A DNA stretch of 64,000 nucleotides from a virus. The stretch lies in IMG/VR virus record IMGVR_UViG_3300045988_097776; one strand, 5' to 3'. Every line of letters starts with the position of its first letter. The stretch's first letter is position 1. The translations under genes were made by a program, and so were the position numbers. Positions 1-8,303 of the stretch are shown here, in pieces. The notes beneath the pieces are model-generated. The model was not told the DNA's origin. It did no database searches and saw nothing but the letters and a program-made list of their open reading frames with translations.

Positions 1-254
1 ACAGTAGTATTTAGTGTGCCGTACCCTTTATATCCATCCATTGCGGTGAGATCGACATCACGGGCGATAGCCTTGATACCGGTATTTTTAAACCAAGACT
101 CAATAGTCTTCCGCGAACCACTCTCTTTATAGTTATTGGAGTCTCCAAAAACAGAATAAATTTCTACCTCAAGGGCAATCACGAAGGGATTACCATTAAT
201 TTCGTCAAGAACGAGGCACTTTACTCCATTTACAGTAATAGTTTCACCAATCAT
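1..254 (-). CDS. hypothetical protein, 5-prime part only (gene continues past window start)
   Basis: Minus-strand ATG at 252-254 with upstream AAGGAAG RBS; frame stays open to the window edge. Product begins MIGETITVNGVKCLVLDEINGNPF. Confidence 0.4.
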   Translation of the reverse strand, partial: MIGETITVNGVKCLVLDEINGNPFVIALEVEIYSVFGDSNNYKESGSRKTIESWFKNTGIKAIARDVDLTAMDGYKGYGTLNTT

Positions 255-270
255 GTTATTTCTTCCTTTC

Positions 271-456
271 TTAATTAGCAAATTCTTCAACCATGCGGGA
301 CAACATTTCAACTTCATCATCAGTTATATTTTCTAGGAAAATTCCATATTTGCGGCAGATCTTAGCTTGTAGGTCAAAGTCATCTTGCGCTTCTGGGGTT
401 TTAGCAAGTTCTCTTGCCGCTAACTCGAAGGAGCCTGTATAGATAAGAAATGACAT
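271..456 (-). CDS. hypothetical small protein
   Basis: ORF track, 61 aa. Same strand and tight spacing with its neighbours. Confidence 0.4.
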   Translation of the reverse strand: MSFLIYTGSFELAARELAKTPEAQDDFDLQAKICRKYGIFLENITDDEVEMLSRMVEEFAN

Positions 457-458
457 AT

Positions 459-896
459 TTATTTCCTCTTCTCTATAGAGTCGAATTCGTGAATTAGAAT
501 GGCTCCATCAGAGATCTTTTCTGCGCAAGTAATGTGTTTGATTTCATATTTACTTTCATCGGGGCAATAAATAATATGCCCACTTTTCAGCAAAGAAAGA
601 AAGTCACTTTGATAATAGATATTGCCTCCGTGCTCGTTGCAAACTTTGAGACAAATTTTATATCCTTTATCAACAGAGTAAAGTTCATCCACATCATTAT
701 TTACTTCGCATAGCCGCCAAGTCGGATCTCCATTATTTATACTAATTCCGAGAACCGGGATAGGACTATAAGTTTCTTGGATAGCAAAGAATTTAGCTCT
801 TTTGAGCTGATCAGTGTCAGAAAAATCGAGGAACTCACAAATTTTTACAGTAGAGTTCTTATATCCTTTTGTCTCAACTAGCTTACTAATCTCCAT
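459..896 (-). CDS. hypothetical protein
   Basis: ORF track, 145 aa. An AT-rich TATATTATATAAT promoter-like element and RBS lie just upstream at 897-940. Confidence 0.45.
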   Translation of the reverse strand: MEISKLVETKGYKNSTVKICEFLDFSDTDQLKRAKFFAIQETYSPIPVLGISINNGDPTWRLCEVNNDVDELYSVDKGYKICLKVCNEHGGNIYYQSDFLSLLKSGHIIYCPDESKYEIKHITCAEKISDGAILIHEFDSIEKRK

Positions 897-942
897 GACT
901 TTACTTCCTTTCTTACTTTCTATATATATTATATAATATTTT

Positions 943-985
943 TATAAAAAAATAAAGACTCCCTTAAAAGGGAGTCTTTATTTAC
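943..985. terminator. bidirectional rho-independent terminator
   Basis: Hairpin AAAGACTCCC-TTAAAA-GGGAGTCTTT with an A-run on one side and a T-run on the other. Confidence 0.6.
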
Positions 986-1305
986 TCAAGGCTAATGCCA
1001 TATCCATCTTGGATAAATGACCCTTCTGGAATATAGATATTATATTCTGTAGACCAAGAGCCAAACAAAACATTTAGGACGGGATTTTTAAAGCGGACAG
1101 TGTTTTCTGTTGCATATGGAGCGTCGGAAGTTTCTTGAATGTAAGTTTTATCTGCTTTAATAGACTTTGAAGTGATGCCTTTATCCGTTTGATATAGGAA
1201 CGAATAGCAAAGTCCATCTTCTGAACTAAAGTTATCACTTAGTGCGATAATATCATAGGTTGCGATAGTTTCTGCTGAATAGGTTTCGGGGGTTTGCACA
1301 TTCAA
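982..1305 (-). CDS. hypothetical protein
   Basis: ORF track, 107 aa. Confidence 0.4.
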   Translation of the reverse strand: MNVQTPETYSAETIATYDIIALSDNFSSEDGLCYSFLYQTDKGITSKSIKADKTYIQETSDAPYATENTVRFKNPVLNVLFGSWSTEYNIYIPEGSFIQDGYGISLE

Positions 1306-1455
1306 TGATGAATACGCATACTACGAGTGATAGAAATGTTAGAAATATAGAGCCAAACATGGAAAAGAGTGAGCATACTATATACTCGATAATGCTGTCA
1401 CAACCTGCGAGCAAAAAGATGAGCAGCATAATACAGAAAGCAATAGGTAGAATAA
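1253..1455 (-). CDS. small membrane protein (2 predicted TM helices)
   Basis: AAGGAGG RBS 9 nt before the ATG (cat at 1453-1455 on plus). Hydrophobic product MLPIILPIAFCIMLLIFLLAG... Confidence 0.45.
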
Positions 1456-1550
1456 TAGGTAGCATTACATTAACCTCCTTTATATATAAATATAATACCA
1501 TATAAAATATACAATTTCAAATGCGGGGGGCATACAACGAATCGTCATAA

Positions 1551-1673
1551 TTTCTCACGGATGCGGGAAAATTTTAGGCAAGAAAATTGCCAGTCCGCAG
1601 TTGTTATATTGTTTATTTTTTTAGAAAAAAGTTTAACAAATTTTAGGACAAAGCGGGAAAATTATGGTATAAT
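1551..1673 (+). promoter_or_regulatory. plus-strand promoter (TGgTATAAT extended -10 near 1664-1672) with two direct GCGGGAAAATT repeats; candidate operator for the RHH protein
   Basis: GATGCGGGAAAATTTTAGG at about 1558 and AAGCGGGAAAATTATGGTATAAT at about 1651, directly upstream of the RHH gene. Confidence 0.4.
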
Positions 1674-1703
1674 AAAAGTGAAATATAGTAGAGAGGTGAT
1701 AAT

Positions 1704-1847
1704 ATGAATTATTCGACTGTTTCTGTTAGATTAACAGAGGAAGAAAAAAAGACTTTAGAAGAGTTTGCGAAGGATAGAGATTTAACTATGTCGCAAGTAA
1801 TTAGAAAAGCAGTAAAAGAATATATAGAAAACCATTCAAACGACTAA
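1704..1847 (+). CDS. ribbon-helix-helix (CopG/Arc-like) transcriptional regulator, 47 aa
   Basis: Product MNYSTVSVRLTEEEKKTLEEFAKDRDLTMSQVIRKAV has the typical RHH beta-strand and helix pattern. RBS GAGAGGTG upstream. Confidence 0.6.
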   Translation: MNYSTVSVRLTEEEKKTLEEFAKDRDLTMSQVIRKAVKEYIENHSND

Positions 1848-1863
1848 AGGAGACGAAAACAAA

Positions 1864-2082
1864 ATGACTAATAATTATAAGGTTTTTACTTTGAAGTTAG
1901 CTAGAAAGCTATGTGAGTTGGGATTTAAGGTTGTTGGAACAGCACCAAATGCTTAGAAACCTTGGTTAAATGTTTATCTTTTTGAAGATACTTAGGAATT
2001 AAGAGAAGCGATTGAGAAATATAAGGGACAAAGTTCGCTATTGGAGGATGATTGCCATGGCAGACAAAAGAAGAAGTCCTAA
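1864..2082 (+). CDS. small conserved phage/plasmid protein (about 72 aa) with 2 in-frame TAG codons
   Basis: Product MTNNYKVFTLKLARKLCELGFKVVGTAPNA[Q]KPWLNVYLFEDT[Q]ELREAIEKYK. Its 3-prime end overlaps the rep gene start. Confidence 0.4.
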
Positions 2083-2446
2083 TTAGCGAACAGTAAGTCA
2101 TATTCATAAAGAGCCTTGTAATACTAATAATATATATGCTAGAATTAATAAGGATGCTTTATTTGCGGCGAGAAGAGAACTTAGTGATGGTGAGTTTTCT
2201 TTATGGATATTTTTTGCTAGTTAGTCAGAGAAGTTGACAGATTATGATTTTGGCCCTACTATTATTGAGAGGGAGTTGGGTATAAAGAAAGCTAAATATA
2301 CAAATGCAATAGAAGGATTGGTAGAAAAAGGGTATTTGATTCCTCTTGAGAAGAAGGGGTATTACGATTTTTACGAAGTTCCTAAAATTATTGACGAGGA
2401 TAAATATAATTATGTCGCTCCTAACGGAGAAAAATTTTCGTTTTAA
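2057..2446 (+). CDS. replication initiator / replisome organiser, RepA_N-like winged-helix, about 129 aa, 2 in-frame TAG
   Basis: GGAGG RBS 9 nt before ATG 2057. Product ...NIYARINKDALFAARRELSDGEFSLWIFFAS[Q]SEKLTDYDFGPTIIERELGIKKAKYTNAIEGLVEKGYLIP resembles Firmicutes plasmid/phage RepA N-terminal domains. An iteron array follows immediately. Confidence 0.55.
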
Positions 2447-2760
2447 TTTTCATGTATTTCTGAGAATACCATGAAATTTCATAGTATTGTGAGAAACCTA
2501 TGAAATCATGTATTTGTTGGAAAGCTATGAAAATTTCATAGTATTCTGACAATACTATGATTTTAATTGAAAGATTTATTTCATGGTATTCCAACAATAC
2601 TATGACATGGTTTTCTGACAATACCATGAAAGTAAATAAAAATCCATTTCATGGTATTCTGACAATACCATAAATATAACATATATAAGATAACAAAGAA
2701 AAGACAACGGCGACTTTTCATGTATTTGTGAGAAAGCGATGGATAGGGAGGATAACCATG
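2447..2760. repeat. iteron array: 8 copies of a 23-bp dyad CATGGTATT-CTGAC-AATACCATG (putative origin or Rep binding sites)
   Basis: Copies start at about 2451, 2479, 2508, 2537, 2582, 2607, 2650 and 2719. Each is an inverted repeat with a 5-nt spacer, and most are followed by AAA. Confidence 0.7.
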
Positions 2761-2907
2761 GAAGATTTTCAGAGGTGGGAGGATATTCAAGGAAGTATAG
2801 ATGGGACGATGGGAGCAAATGATTTAGAAAATCGAATTGAAAAGCTGGAAGAAGGTTTTAGAAAAATCGAATCAAAAATTAAAGGGAAAAGTCAAGAAGA
2901 AGAGTAA
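2758..2907 (+). CDS. small acidic coiled-coil protein, 49 aa
   Basis: ATG at 2758; product MEDFQRWEDIQGSIDGTMGANDLENRIEKLEEGFRKIESKIKGKSQEEE; stop TAA. Confidence 0.4.
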   Translation: MEDFQRWEDIQGSIDGTMGANDLENRIEKLEEGFRKIESKIKGKSQEEE

Positions 2908-3184
2908 TGGGTAGGGTAAGAGAGATTAATAGAGGTAGAGGAAAAGGGATTATTGAATCTATATGAGGATTCGAGTTAGATTACAAGCGAAGCCATAAGA
3001 AAGTGGATAGACTATAGGGAGAATATAAGTGAAATTGGAGAAAATTAGAAGAATAGTAGAGAAAATTGGAGAAATAGTAGAGTTGGGTGCCGATCGGGTC
3101 TAGGTACAACCATCACAACACTCGTCAAAACGATCGTAAACCTAGGCTTCCGCGATTCTTCTACTTCTTTCCTCTTGTTTAATA

Positions 3185-3222
3185 GCAATAAAAAAAGAGA
3201 GGTATCTCTACCTCTCTTTTAT
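3185..3222. terminator. rho-independent terminator
   Basis: GAGAGGTA-TCTC-TACCTCTC hairpin flanked by an A-run and a T-run. Confidence 0.6.
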
Positions 3223-3692
3223 CTAAGCCCTCTCAAGAACTTAGCTACCACATCTTCATCATTGTTGCTCTTGATGGAAACGGAGACCGATTCATTTCGC
3301 ATCTCCTGAATCGCCTTCTCAATTATCTTATCAAGCTCTTCCTCTGTCGCTGCAAGTGCATCATTGATATTATTCATCCCGACAATTCGGGCAGAAATAC
3401 GAGCAGTCTCAGTGATAGCCTCTGCATATTTATTGATAGTATCAGCATCCCACTCAGGGTGAGAAGGAGCATAAATAAGAACTGCAAGCTGTCCGATATG
3501 CTCTGCATCAAGATGCTCATCATCAACAGCATTTAGAAAGTCGCACTCAATTTCATCCAAAGCTTGCTGACGAGCCTTCCGAACCTGATTCTGCTTATTA
3601 AAGACATTTAGAGCATCAGTAAACTCCTTAGCAATATCGTCGAGAGACGCACCGCCATCAAGAGCACATTTAATCATATTAGTATAATCCAT
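3219..3692 (-). CDS. hypothetical protein, 157 aa
   Basis: ORF track. AT-rich promoter (TATAAT-like) plus AAGAGGAA RBS upstream at 3693-3760. Confidence 0.45.
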   Translation of the reverse strand: MDYTNMIKCALDGGASLDDIAKEFTDALNVFNKQNQVRKARQQALDEIECDFLNAVDDEHLDAEHIGQLAVLIYAPSHPEWDADTINKYAEAITETARISARIVGMNNINDALAATEEELDKIIEKAIQEMRNESVSVSIKSNNDEDVVAKFLRGLR

Positions 3693-3699
3693 GGAATAT

Positions 3700-4440
3700 A
3701 TTCCTCTTTTCTTTCCTTTTATATTTATATTATATAATATTATTTTATAAATTGCAACCGATCGGCCCTAGCTTAAAGATCTTTTATTCTAAAATAACTT
3801 CTCTGATTGAGGCATCGACTAGAAAATTCTTAGCTAGAGAATAAGTCTTTTTAATTGTATCTATAAAAGTATAGAAAGGGTGAACATCAAGAAGATTTGC
3901 TGAAAATGAGGCAAATTTTGCTAATTTTTAAGTAATTTTATTAGAAAAATGTGCGTTTTTGCTAGATTTTTAGAGAATTTTCGCTATATTAAGAGAAAAA
4001 CAAGAGGAAAAACCTGCGGACCGATCGGTTTACCTAGCTAAAAGTAGAATTTTCTAGCTATTTTTATTATAAAATCTCGTTATTCCGATCGGCGCCGCAG
4101 AAAAATCTCTCGCTGGTATTTGTTTTTCATAGCAACATCTTTGCTATTGTTAGCTGTATAGGGGATAATGTTAGTCTTATGAACACTTGACAATTTTAAA
4201 TTTTTTTATTATAAAAAATGGACGAGAAAGCCGCTATTGCTGGACCGATCGGGATAAGATAGAAAACCGATCGGGTTATAATATAATTTTGGGAGATTCT
4301 AGACTAAGTTGCGTTATGGCCAACTTGCTATGAAAATTTTGCGCTATGGTCCGATCGGGGAAATTCGGGCCGAGTCGCCCGCGACCGGCCCGCCCGCATA
4401 TTGGGATAAAAAAACCACCCCATTTCTGGGGTGGTTCTTG
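3700..4440. other. 740-bp AT-rich non-coding region with CCGATCGG palindromes and short direct repeats; candidate origin of replication or packaging/regulatory region
   Basis: CCGATCGG at 3758, 4021, 4085, 4245, 4267 and 4351, plus one at 3090 and a CGATCG at 3131. TTTTGCTAnnTTTTTA-like direct repeats at 3911-3990. No ORF on either strand. Confidence 0.5.
4400..4436 (-). terminator. rho-independent terminator (minus strand)
   Basis: CCACCCC-AGAAAT-GGGGTGG followed by TTTTTTT on the minus strand. Confidence 0.65.
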
Positions 4441-4790
4441 TTAGCTTAGAATAACCTGGTATGCCTTGCGGATAATGACTGTTACCATGCGCGGGGGCGT
4501 GTCACAGAGAAAGCGGTCGTTTCTGATAAAATGTCCAATTCCCATATTTTGCCATAAAGTCCGGTTCAAGTCCTCATATCGAGGGGTATTATACTTAGAT
4601 AACCGGATATACCAATCATAGGAAAAAGCACTATCCACAGGCATGGTATAGTCTTTTGCCCGTTTATAATTCCTTGTATGCTCGGCGGCCCGTCTTTCGA
4701 GGTCGTTTGTTGTGCCAATCTTGAGAATATAGCGTCCCTTTACGTCTACATAATGCCCGACGTATAGAAACTCCTTTTCCCGTGTCTGTG
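4441..4790 (-). CDS. GIY-YIG nuclease domain protein (start codon uncertain)
   Basis: The listed 67-aa ORF extends upstream in frame to ...EFLYVGHYVDVKGRYILKIGTTNDLERRAAEH..., which is the GIY-YIG signature. No obvious ATG/GTG/TTG start. Confidence 0.45.
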
Positions 4791-4847
4791 TGCTAACTAT
4801 GGAATACCTCTTTTCTGGTAGGGCTGGGGTAGGCCAGCCCTACCCCG

Positions 4848-5165
4848 TTATTTTTTCGGTTTACGCTTTTGTACAAGCGTTAACTCGAAACTATCCCCAC
4901 CGATAAAAAACGCAATTTGGCGTTCCTTGTTTGTTATGGCAAGGTCAACAATCGAGAATTGACTATTTTTTTCCAAAAAGTCCGCCAGCTCTGCGATTAT
5001 GCCGCCTTTAGTTGCGTTTGGCTTGCGTTGCCGTGGTGTAAATTTGTAGGCGGTAGGGGTTTTTCTTGTGCCAGCATGGGCGAATTTCTGCGCGATTTTC
5101 GCTTTATCGGGCGATAAATCGTATTGAGTTTTTTCACCAGCTTCCACCGCCTTGTCATAGGCCAA
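4848..5165 (-). CDS. hypothetical basic protein, 105 aa
   Basis: ORF track; GC-rich. Confidence 0.4.
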   Translation of the reverse strand: MAYDKAVEAGEKTQYDLSPDKAKIAQKFAHAGTRKTPTAYKFTPRQRKPNATKGGIIAELADFLEKNSQFSIVDLAITNKERQIAFFIGGDSFELTLVQKRKPKK

Positions 5166-5302
5166 TAGCTCCGCCTCCTCCTCTGGTGTCAGTTGGAGAG
5201 GCTTATATCTCGATAACCTCTCGGCGTCAGTGATACGGCTCGATATAGTCTCACCCCCTAAGATAGAGTAGGGCGGGGATTTTCGCCCCGCCCTATACGG
5301 GG

Positions 5303-5704
5303 TTACGCCATCTTAAAGAGAGACTTGCCCTTCTTCTCCTGACAGGTCACACGGCCGTCCAGCTTGAGCATCCGCACAAGGGCGGCGGCCTTCTGAGTGG
5401 AGAAAGCGGCCAGAGAGGGCACAGACTTGAAAATGTCGGTACAGGTCACGCCGTCGGTGTCATCGGGCAGGCCGGCCAGATACTCCATAATCTGCTCCTT
5501 CAGGCTCTCGTTCTCCTGCTGGGTCGGGGTCAGCTTCTTGTCACCGCCGGAGCTATTCTTCTTCCGCAACAGCTCCAGCTCATGGTCAATGACGGTCATG
5601 GCAATCTCCATGGTTGTGCCATGCTTCACCTCCTCACCAGCCAAGAGGGCCTTAATGTCCTCGAAACGCTGGGCCTTAGTGATACGGATTTTCTTCTCGC
5701 TCAT
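5303..5704 (-). CDS. hypothetical protein, 133 aa (GC-rich segment)
   Basis: ORF track; local GC content is well above the window average. Confidence 0.4.
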   Translation of the reverse strand: MSEKKIRITKAQRFEDIKALLAGEEVKHGTTMEIAMTVIDHELELLRKKNSSGGDKKLTPTQQENESLKEQIMEYLAGLPDDTDGVTCTDIFKSVPSLAAFSTQKAAALVRMLKLDGRVTCQEKKGKSLFKMA

Positions 5705-5744
5705 GGTAATACATCCTTTCTGGTTTTTAGGACTGTCCTTGTCC

Positions 5745-6060
5745 TTTGATTATATTGTACCACACTATCGGGAGTTTGTCAAGAGGTTTTTCAAACTTTT
5801 TTCAAGAGCTTTTGCCCTTTACTTGTTTGCCCTCTCTCGTTCCCCTTATAGTGTAACACACTTTGGAGAGTTTGTCAAGCCCTTTTTTATTCACTTTTCA
5901 AGGTTCCTTGCCTTGTTTTCTGTACTTATTATAGCACACTCACAAGGGCTTGTCAAGAGGTTTTTTGAAAGATTTTTGAAAGTTCGCTGTCGCTGTCTGC
6001 CGTTCGTCTCTCTCACTTTCTGTACTTATTGTACCACACCACAAAGCGGATTTCAATTGT
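5745..6060 (-). promoter_or_regulatory. array of 4 tandem near-consensus sigma70 promoters (TTGACA-17-TACAAT/TATAAT, some with TGn) reading leftward
   Basis: Minus strand: TTGACAaactcccgatagtgtggTACAAT at 5752-5780, TTGACAaactctccaaagtgtgTTACACT near 5850-5878, TTGACAagcccttgtgagtgtgcTATAAT near 5929-5956, and TTGAAAtccgctttgtggtgtggTACAAT at 6029-6057. Confidence 0.65.
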
Positions 6061-6096
6061 GAGATCCTCCAAAAGAACGTGATTTTGGGATAGGGT

Positions 6097-6120
6097 TTTT
6101 GTGCAAAATGTTGCACAAAA
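6097..6120. promoter_or_regulatory. perfect 24-bp palindrome TTTTGTGCAAAA-TG-TTGCACAAAA (operator-like) upstream of the promoter array
   Basis: The left half is the exact reverse complement of the right half. The TTGTGCAA motif recurs near other early promoters. Confidence 0.55.
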
Positions 6121-6159
6121 CGGAATCAAATTTTTTGTGCAACATTTACAAGGAAAAAA

Positions 6160-6200
6160 TCGGGTCGCGCCGCCCATGCGCGACCCGCCAAAATATAAAA
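6160..6200 (-). terminator. rho-independent terminator (minus strand)
   Basis: CGGGTCGCGC-ATGG-GCGGCGCGACCCG followed by a T-run on the minus strand. Confidence 0.6.
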
Positions 6201-6227
6201 CAAAAAAAGAAGGCCGAAGCCCTCTTT

Positions 6228-6512
6228 TTATCCGAAAAGGCAGTTATCTAAAAAGTCGAACAGGTGTTCATCCTCGGCGGGGATGGATACCAGTATATCC
6301 CCGTTTTCATCGGGTTCATCATGGCTCCATCCCATACGCTTGATGATTTCAAGCGCCGTGAAAACGGCATCGGGACAAAGGGAAGAAGTATATACAATTC
6401 TTGTTTGCATATTTAACCCTCTTTCTTTGAGTAGAACTGGTCGGCATAAAACTGCATTTCTTTCTGCGTTACCTTGGAAAGCATGGCCTTGATGGTAAAT
6501 ACATCTGGGCAC
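6228..6512 (-). CDS. hypothetical protein, 94 aa
   Basis: ORF track. Confidence 0.4.
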   Translation of the reverse strand: MPRCIYHQGHAFQGNAERNAVLCRPVLLKERGLNMQTRIVYTSSLCPDAVFTALEIIKRMGWSHDEPDENGDILVSIPAEDEHLFDFLDNCLFG

Positions 6513-6592
6513 GTCCGCTCAAGTAGGAAGCGAATAGCCTTATTCTTTAATCCCTGAAACATTTCTTATTTCTCCTTCTACCGGGCGGGGCA

Positions 6593-7417
6593 TTAAGCCC
6601 CGACCCGGATTGTCGGAATCTGCCGCAAACTTGCGGAAAGCTGACGCTGAAAATCTGTCATGGGCGGAAACTCCCGCTTGTTCTCATACAGGGCCTTTCT
6701 CATGGGCTTATGCTGGCGCATACAGTACCACATGATTTCCGCCTCAATCAGAACATCTTCCAGTCCCGTGTGGCTTTCCTCAAAATCAGTGTTGCCGGAG
6801 ATAAACCGCCACACGATTTCCGCAGTCTTGCGGGGAACGCCATTAGCCTGCACATACCCGTGTTCTTCACAGAATTTCTTATAGGTGGGCATCTGGCAAA
6901 TGACATCTTGCATCATTTTCATAATGTCCCAAATTTCCACGCTGTCAAATGGGAACCAATACCGGAATTTGGAACAAGTGACCCAACGCTGAGTGACCCG
7001 AAGGGCGTTATCATCGAAGCGGGCATTATATGCGGCGACCTCCTTAATGCCGTACCGCTCGATAGTGTCCAGCATGGCCTGACGGATTTCATAGGTAGTA
7101 GCCATCTTGCGACTGCCAGCCCGCAATTCCTCTACATACCGGGGGATTTTCCAGTTATAATAGGCCGTCCGCATTAAATCCCGCTCGTCATTGAAAATAT
7201 CCCGATTTACAAAACTTGCGGTTTCGTAAATATTGCCTTTGGTGTCTACGACCGCCCAGCCGCAGTCATATACCAAAACATTTGACATATCCATACGGAC
7301 GCGCTCTGGAGTAATAATTTCCCCATCTTCCCCAATTTCAGCGGGGACAGTCTCGGTTAATGTGTTGGCGGTTTCTGTATCAACCACCAGCACATAATGT
7401 CGGCGTTTATCAATCAT
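6593..7417 (-). CDS. DEDDh 3-prime to 5-prime exonuclease (DnaQ/RNase T-like)
   Basis: Exo I motif VLVVDTETANT, Exo II YNARFD and Exo III HTGLEDV. Length 274 aa. A consensus promoter (TTGACA-17-TATAAT) lies at 7452-7480. Confidence 0.6.
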   Translation of the reverse strand: MIDKRRHYVLVVDTETANTLTETVPAEIGEDGEIITPERVRMDMSNVLVYDCGWAVVDTKGNIYETASFVNRDIFNDERDLMRTAYYNWKIPRYVEELRAGSRKMATTYEIRQAMLDTIERYGIKEVAAYNARFDDNALRVTQRWVTCSKFRYWFPFDSVEIWDIMKMMQDVICQMPTYKKFCEEHGYVQANGVPRKTAEIVWRFISGNTDFEESHTGLEDVLIEAEIMWYCMRQHKPMRKALYENKREFPPMTDFQRQLSASLRQIPTIRVGA

Positions 7418-7590
7418 AATCTATCAAGTCCTTTCTTCTCTTGGTGGTATCATTATAGCACATTTAAGGCTTGGTGTCAAGAGGGATTTTATATTTTTTT
7501 TCTCCGTTGAAAAAGGCGTCGCGATAACCTCTCTCACAAAAGGGACTCTTTACCCTACTCTGGAGAACTTTTTCCTTTCCTCCTGACATG

Positions 7591-7720
7591 ATAATAATAC
7601 CATAGTTTCAGGATAATTGCAAGATGGCATTTTGCACAAGATTTCTGCTTGAAAATTGTGCAACATTACAACAGAAAAAAATGCGGCCCGCGGCGCTCAA
7701 GCGCGGGCCGCTGATTTTCT
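7591..7720 (-). promoter_or_regulatory. promoter-terminator cassette: TTGCAA-17-TATTAT promoter, TTGCACAA/TTGTGCAA dyad motifs and a GC-rich terminator hairpin
   Basis: About 75 bp are nearly identical to 9041-9120. Hairpin GCGGCCCGCGGCGCTCAAGCGCGGGCCGC. Confidence 0.55.
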
Positions 7721-7756
7721 TTATATAAAAAATTCTCCCATTTAGGGAGGATTTTT

Positions 7757-7993
7757 TTAAAACTCTAAAATTGGTGTTTCATCAGGCAGAGCATCTACGC
7801 TGGTGATGGAGATAGATTTATTGTAATCAGTGGAAATTCCTGTCACTCTCTCAATTTCTTTAGTGGCAATATCATACATAATATCGTTTGCAACTGAAGC
7901 CGGGCCTTTTCTATGAATATCGGCCAGCTGTTGGAAGATAGGATGATCGACCTCTAACTCACGCTGGATAGAAATTGAAATTTTAACTCTCAT
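7757..7993 (-). CDS. hypothetical protein, 78 aa
   Basis: ORF track. Confidence 0.4.
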   Translation of the reverse strand: MRVKISISIQRELEVDHPIFQQLADIHRKGPASVANDIMYDIATKEIERVTGISTDYNKSISITSVDALPDETPILEF

Positions 7994-8025
7994 ATAACTT
8001 TTCTTTCTATTGGGAACGCCTTAAA

Positions 8026-8174
8026 TGGCGTTCCCGATTTTGAAGCACTTGGCCGAAGGCGACCAAAGAGAACCGGCCTTGCGCTTGGCATCAGAACGGG
8101 CACGGTCAACATCCTTACCGACACCCACGAACACATGGCCCGCCGCAGTCTTAAAGTAGAAATTCATCATAGTA
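8026..8174 (-). CDS. hypothetical small GC-rich protein, about 49 aa
   Basis: Manual translation: MMNFYFKTAAGHVFVGVGKDVDRARSDAKRKAGSLWSPSAKCFKIGNAI. Confidence 0.35.
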
Positions 8175-8303
8175 AAGCTTCCTTTCTTTTATGAGGGTTA
8201 TCCCCTCTTGATGATTAAATTATACCACAATGCGGTGAGATTGTCAAGAACTTTTTTACGTATTTTCCAGATATGGGGCGGGGATTTCACCCGCCCCTTT
8301 TAT

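Noticed and set aside
1305-1505. Plus-strand ORF 1305-1505 (66 aa).
   Set aside because: It is antisense to the membrane-protein ORF 1253-1455. That ORF has a strong AAGGAGG RBS and a coherent hydrophobic product, whereas the plus-strand ORF has no RBS.
2447-2760. The regularly spaced 23-bp repeats could be mistaken for a CRISPR array.
   Set aside because: The repeats are perfect dyads with essentially no unique spacers between them (28-45 bp periodicity including the repeat). They sit right after a rep gene, so they are iterons.
3033-3095. Short direct nucleotide repeats (AAATTGGAGAAA(A)TAG(A)...ATAGTAGAG) thought to be regulatory.
   Set aside because: They probably reflect an amino-acid repeat (EKIRRIVEKIGEIVE) of a small coiled-coil ORF starting at a GTG near 3038. 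This is uncertain, so it was not listed as a feature.
4561-4577. GGTTCAAGTCC, a tRNA T-loop-like motif.
   Set aside because: It lies inside the coding sequence of the GIY-YIG gene, and the flanking bases cannot form T-stem or acceptor-stem pairs.
5397-6062. 221-aa plus-strand ORF across 5397-6062.
   Set aside because: It runs antisense to gene 5303-5704 and through the tandem promoter array. Its product is low-complexity, and it has no RBS.
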